From the IMG/VR virus record IMGVR_UViG_3300035698_000810, positions 2,839 to 66,838 of that record: a stretch of 64,000 bases of DNA; one strand, 5' to 3'. Source of the stretch: a virus. This document shows positions 61,765 through 64,000 of this stretch, in pieces; the stretch's first letter is position 1; each line of letters starts with the position of its first letter. The notes under the pieces were generated by a model. The model was not told the origin of the DNA, searched no databases, and saw only the letters and a program-made list of their open reading frames with translations. Made by a program: the position numbers and the translations under genes.

Positions 61765-62376
61765 TTAAGGATTTTTCACACACTGAGATATAACCTCCGG
61801 GGTTTTAGTTATGTAGAAACCTTCGATGATTGCTATTTGTGCAGGTTCCGGGAATACGTCAGGCGCGTCGTATACTAGCACAACAACAGGCGATGCTGGG
61901 TTTGCGTGGTCGATGGCTATGTCCACTGGGTGGTGCTTAACCATAGGCGCAACTGACTTAAGCCTGAACATAATTTGCTCTTCATCAGATTTATCTTCAG
62001 ATGCTAGGTTGTGTGGCTCAGCGACTGGTGTAGCATCATGACTCGTACCCCCTACGATGGCCTTATACATCGGCCCACGCTTGGGGTATACCGGCTTCGC
62101 CACGTCAGTATCAATACAGGGGTGGGTCTCTTTGTTAGCGTGCTTACCAACAATGTTCCACAGTAGGTCGTCGTCGAGCAGCCTCTCTACGAGTGTGGAA
62201 TCAAGCACGTCTGTCTCTACGTCGAAGCCGTGCTTGATTAGGTCACGATATAGGCCATCCACTACAGCGACCAATGACTCGCGGACCTTTTCTTCATTCA
62301 CAAAAAATACAGGCATGTTAGTCGTCCTCGTCAGTGGGCAGGAGTTCATACGTCGCGAAGAAAACAGACTGGCCAC
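61765..62376 (-). CDS. hypothetical protein (true start probably the internal MPVFFV at about 62316)
   Basis: GAGGA RBS before the internal ATG, next to the upstream stop. Confidence 0.6.
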   Translation of the reverse strand: MASLFSSRRMNSCPLTRTTNMPVFFVNEEKVRESLVAVVDGLYRDLIKHGFDVETDVLDSTLVERLLDDDLLWNIVGKHANKETHPCIDTDVAKPVYPKRGPMYKAIVGGTSHDATPVAEPHNLASEDKSDEEQIMFRLKSVAPMVKHHPVDIAIDHANPASPVVVLVYDAPDVFPEPAQIAIIEGFYITKTPEVISQCVKNP

Positions 62377-62632
62377 ATACCTCTACCCGCTCCGCACCTT
62401 CATGCTTAATAAGCCAGTCACCTATCATAGGTATACTATTTTTCGGAGCAGTCCGACCTGTCATACCGTCATGGTTATGTACAATCCAGAGTCCGTGTAC
62501 GTTTTGACATACATACTGTTGGGGGTCATGTCTATCCAACCAGCTGAAGACGGCATCAACTGGTTCTTTACTGCCATCCAATAGAAATTGGACTGCGGTA
62601 ATATCAATACGTTTGTTTCTGTATTTAGGCAT
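62318..62632 (-). CDS. conserved phage protein (KYR..I.AVQF / GDW.IK / F..TYE; PGDYG-like)
   Basis: Recognisable motif set. Confidence 0.7.
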   Translation of the reverse strand: MPKYRNKRIDITAVQFLLDGSKEPVDAVFSWLDRHDPQQYVCQNVHGLWIVHNHDGMTGRTAPKNSIPMIGDWLIKHEGAERVEVCGQSVFFATYELLPTDEDD

Positions 62633-62711
62633 TATTTTCCACCATGTTATGAGTCTCTTTAATCTTAGGGGTATTTATAATTCATCATTATACACAGTGA
62701 AACCCCCGTAA

Positions 62712-62750
62712 ATTTCTATGGTTTAAAAAATACTGCCGATAATATACTAT
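62712..62750 (+). promoter_or_regulatory. rightward promoter ATTTCT-N4-TTTAAA-N17-TACTAT
   Basis: Variant of the repeated motif with the same spacing, pointing at the HTH gene. Confidence 0.6.
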
Positions 62751-62777
62751 GTAATTATTGAGAGTGTGTTGTTCTCA

Positions 62778-62884
62778 ATGTCAAAGACTACGGGACCTCG
62801 GTGATCCCCGGGTGACGACCTAAGTTGCCGGGGTCCTTCTTCTTTGTAGGAGTAGAGTATGGCCCAGAGTCGTGGTCCTGTTAA
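62778..62884 (-). promoter_or_regulatory. leftward promoter TTAACA-N17-CATACT, GC hairpin and boxA-like AGTCTTTGACAT
   Basis: -35 at 62879-62884, -10 at 62856-62861, CCCCGG/CCGGGG stem, boxA-like site at 62778-62789. Confidence 0.45.
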
Positions 62885-63287
62885 TTCAGTAGCTATCGAG
62901 CCGGTTCGAGGATTCACTCGCTGGCGATGTCTCATGAAGCTAAGTTATAACCAGTTGGTCCTCAAGACCAGTGTATACCGTACGTCTGTAGTAGATACAG
63001 AGGCTGGACGATCCGATCCCTTGTTACGCACACTATGGGCGATGGCCAAAGGGATTGGGCTAGACGTCTGCGTAGCACATCGTATACGCGCACCCATTAA
63101 AGGACAATTACGTGTATTTCTAAAATATATGGGATTGACTACAATAGAAGTTGTAAAGATCACGGGTCTCTCTAAGAGACAAATAGACTATGCCTGCAGA
63201 TACGACAACATAACACTGTCGACGCTGCAGCAGATAATAGAACCGATGGGGTTCCAGTTAGCGATAGTTCCGAAGGAGGAAGAATGA
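62859..63287 (+). CDS. XRE/Cro-like HTH protein
   Basis: GLTTIEVVKITGLSKRQI...NITLSTLQQIIEPMGFQLAIVP. Confidence 0.7.
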   Translation: MAQSRGPVNSVAIEPVRGFTRWRCLMKLSYNQLVLKTSVYRTSVVDTEAGRSDPLLRTLWAMAKGIGLDVCVAHRIRAPIKGQLRVFLKYMGLTTIEVVKITGLSKRQIDYACRYDNITLSTLQQIIEPMGFQLAIVPKEEE

Positions 63288-63544
63288 CAACCGAAGACAC
63301 TCCCGATAACGTATTCCAATTCAAGGCTCCGGCAAACGATGTCAAAGGAGAGCCAGATGGTACTACATATACTGCGCGTGAGCTGCTTGAAGCCGCGCTC
63401 GTTGACGCAGACGCCCTAGAGCACCTCGTTATGGTAGCTGTAACTAAAGACGGGTACTGCGCTGTCGGCCACACAGACACTAGCGAAGCTCTCCTGACGT
63501 GGATGAACTTCAAGTTTCAAAAGAAATTGATGGGGCACGTATAA
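63284..63544 (+). CDS. hypothetical protein
   Basis: 86 aa, ATGA-coupled; DNVFQF. Confidence 0.65.
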   Translation: MTTEDTPDNVFQFKAPANDVKGEPDGTTYTARELLEAALVDADALEHLVMVAVTKDGYCAVGHTDTSEALLTWMNFKFQKKLMGHV

Positions 63545-63903
63545 TGGAAACTGCAGCAAATAAAGACAGCATATTCGTACAAGAGCGGTTCATCAGATTA
63601 ACATTCAAAGAAGCAGACACTAGCGAGCTTGTTCATAGGAAACTATACGCAGCTAAGGTCTTCCTAAAGATGAAGAAAATATGGTTGTTCTGTTCAGTAT
63701 TCAACATGCACGTAACACCCGACGGTGCATTTACGCACATAACATATTTCTCAGTTGAAAACGGCGCTAAGAGAGTAGCCCTGGTTCCGTTGATGGAAAT
63801 CGAGATCATAACTACCAGTGAATACTCTAACGAAGCCGAGGCTAACGAGCGCTGGGAACTGTCTGATGAGGAGCTACGAGACTATACGCGCGAGATTAAG
63901 TGA
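63544..63903 (+). CDS. hypothetical protein
   Basis: TAATG-coupled start METAANK inside the 63499-63903 ORF. Confidence 0.6.
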   Translation: METAANKDSIFVQERFIRLTFKEADTSELVHRKLYAAKVFLKMKKIWLFCSVFNMHVTPDGAFTHITYFSVENGAKRVALVPLMEIEIITTSEYSNEAEANERWELSDEELRDYTREIK

Positions 63904-64000
63904 ACCGTCGAGATGTAATATATGGGCTTCTAAGTAGTGGCATACTGCTATTACCAAGGCCTAATATTCCTGTTAGTGCGTCAAGTGTAGGAGATTCAAC

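Noticed and set aside
1-64000. Impression that CTAG is frequent compared with typical proteobacterial DNA
   Set aside because: Not counted; needs a Markov-normalised tetranucleotide analysis
63900-64000. Partial ORF MNRRDVIYGLL... with a Tat-like start
   Set aside because: Truncated by the window edge and a weak consensus match
1-64000. Integrase, RNA polymerase, reverse transcriptase/DGR, introns or inteins
   Set aside because: No diagnostic motifs seen; TerL, PolA and the helicases are of normal length and uninterrupted

Overview
This window holds most of a dsDNA tailed-phage genome with a podovirus-type layout; no RNA polymerase, integrase, tRNA or CRISPR array was seen. The host is Gram-negative (Rz/Rz1 spanins) and possibly an alphaproteobacterium (inference). 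Minus-strand early/accessory genes lie at both ends (1-2644 and about 56.8-62.6 kb) and share one conserved promoter motif, so the genome is probably permuted. A repeat- and structure-rich non-coding divergence region spans 2.65-3.95 kb. The plus-strand late arm runs terminase, portal, GroES, scaffold, capsid, tail, a LamG fibre, a GNAT, ejection proteins including a 3479-aa polyvalent protein, and lysis genes. The replication genes are an SNF2 helicase, SSB-like protein, AEP primase, UvrD helicase, resolvase and PolA. A tightly coupled nucleotide-metabolism operon sits upstream of PolA. Best leads: (1) a candidate new pyrimidine-modification pathway built on a thymidylate-synthase homologue with the cytosine-specifying Asp, a small-molecule SAM methyltransferase, a kinase fused to a UDG-like domain, a dCMP deaminase and an NTP pyrophosphatase; (2) a ~185-bp self-complementary non-coding element present twice, 54 kb apart, each copy upstream of a paralogue of one small helical protein family; (3) rRNA-type hairpin+boxA antitermination-like signals behind four early promoters; (4) a second candidate ncRNA at 3743-3882. 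All protein calls come from motif recognition by eye; no database searches were run.
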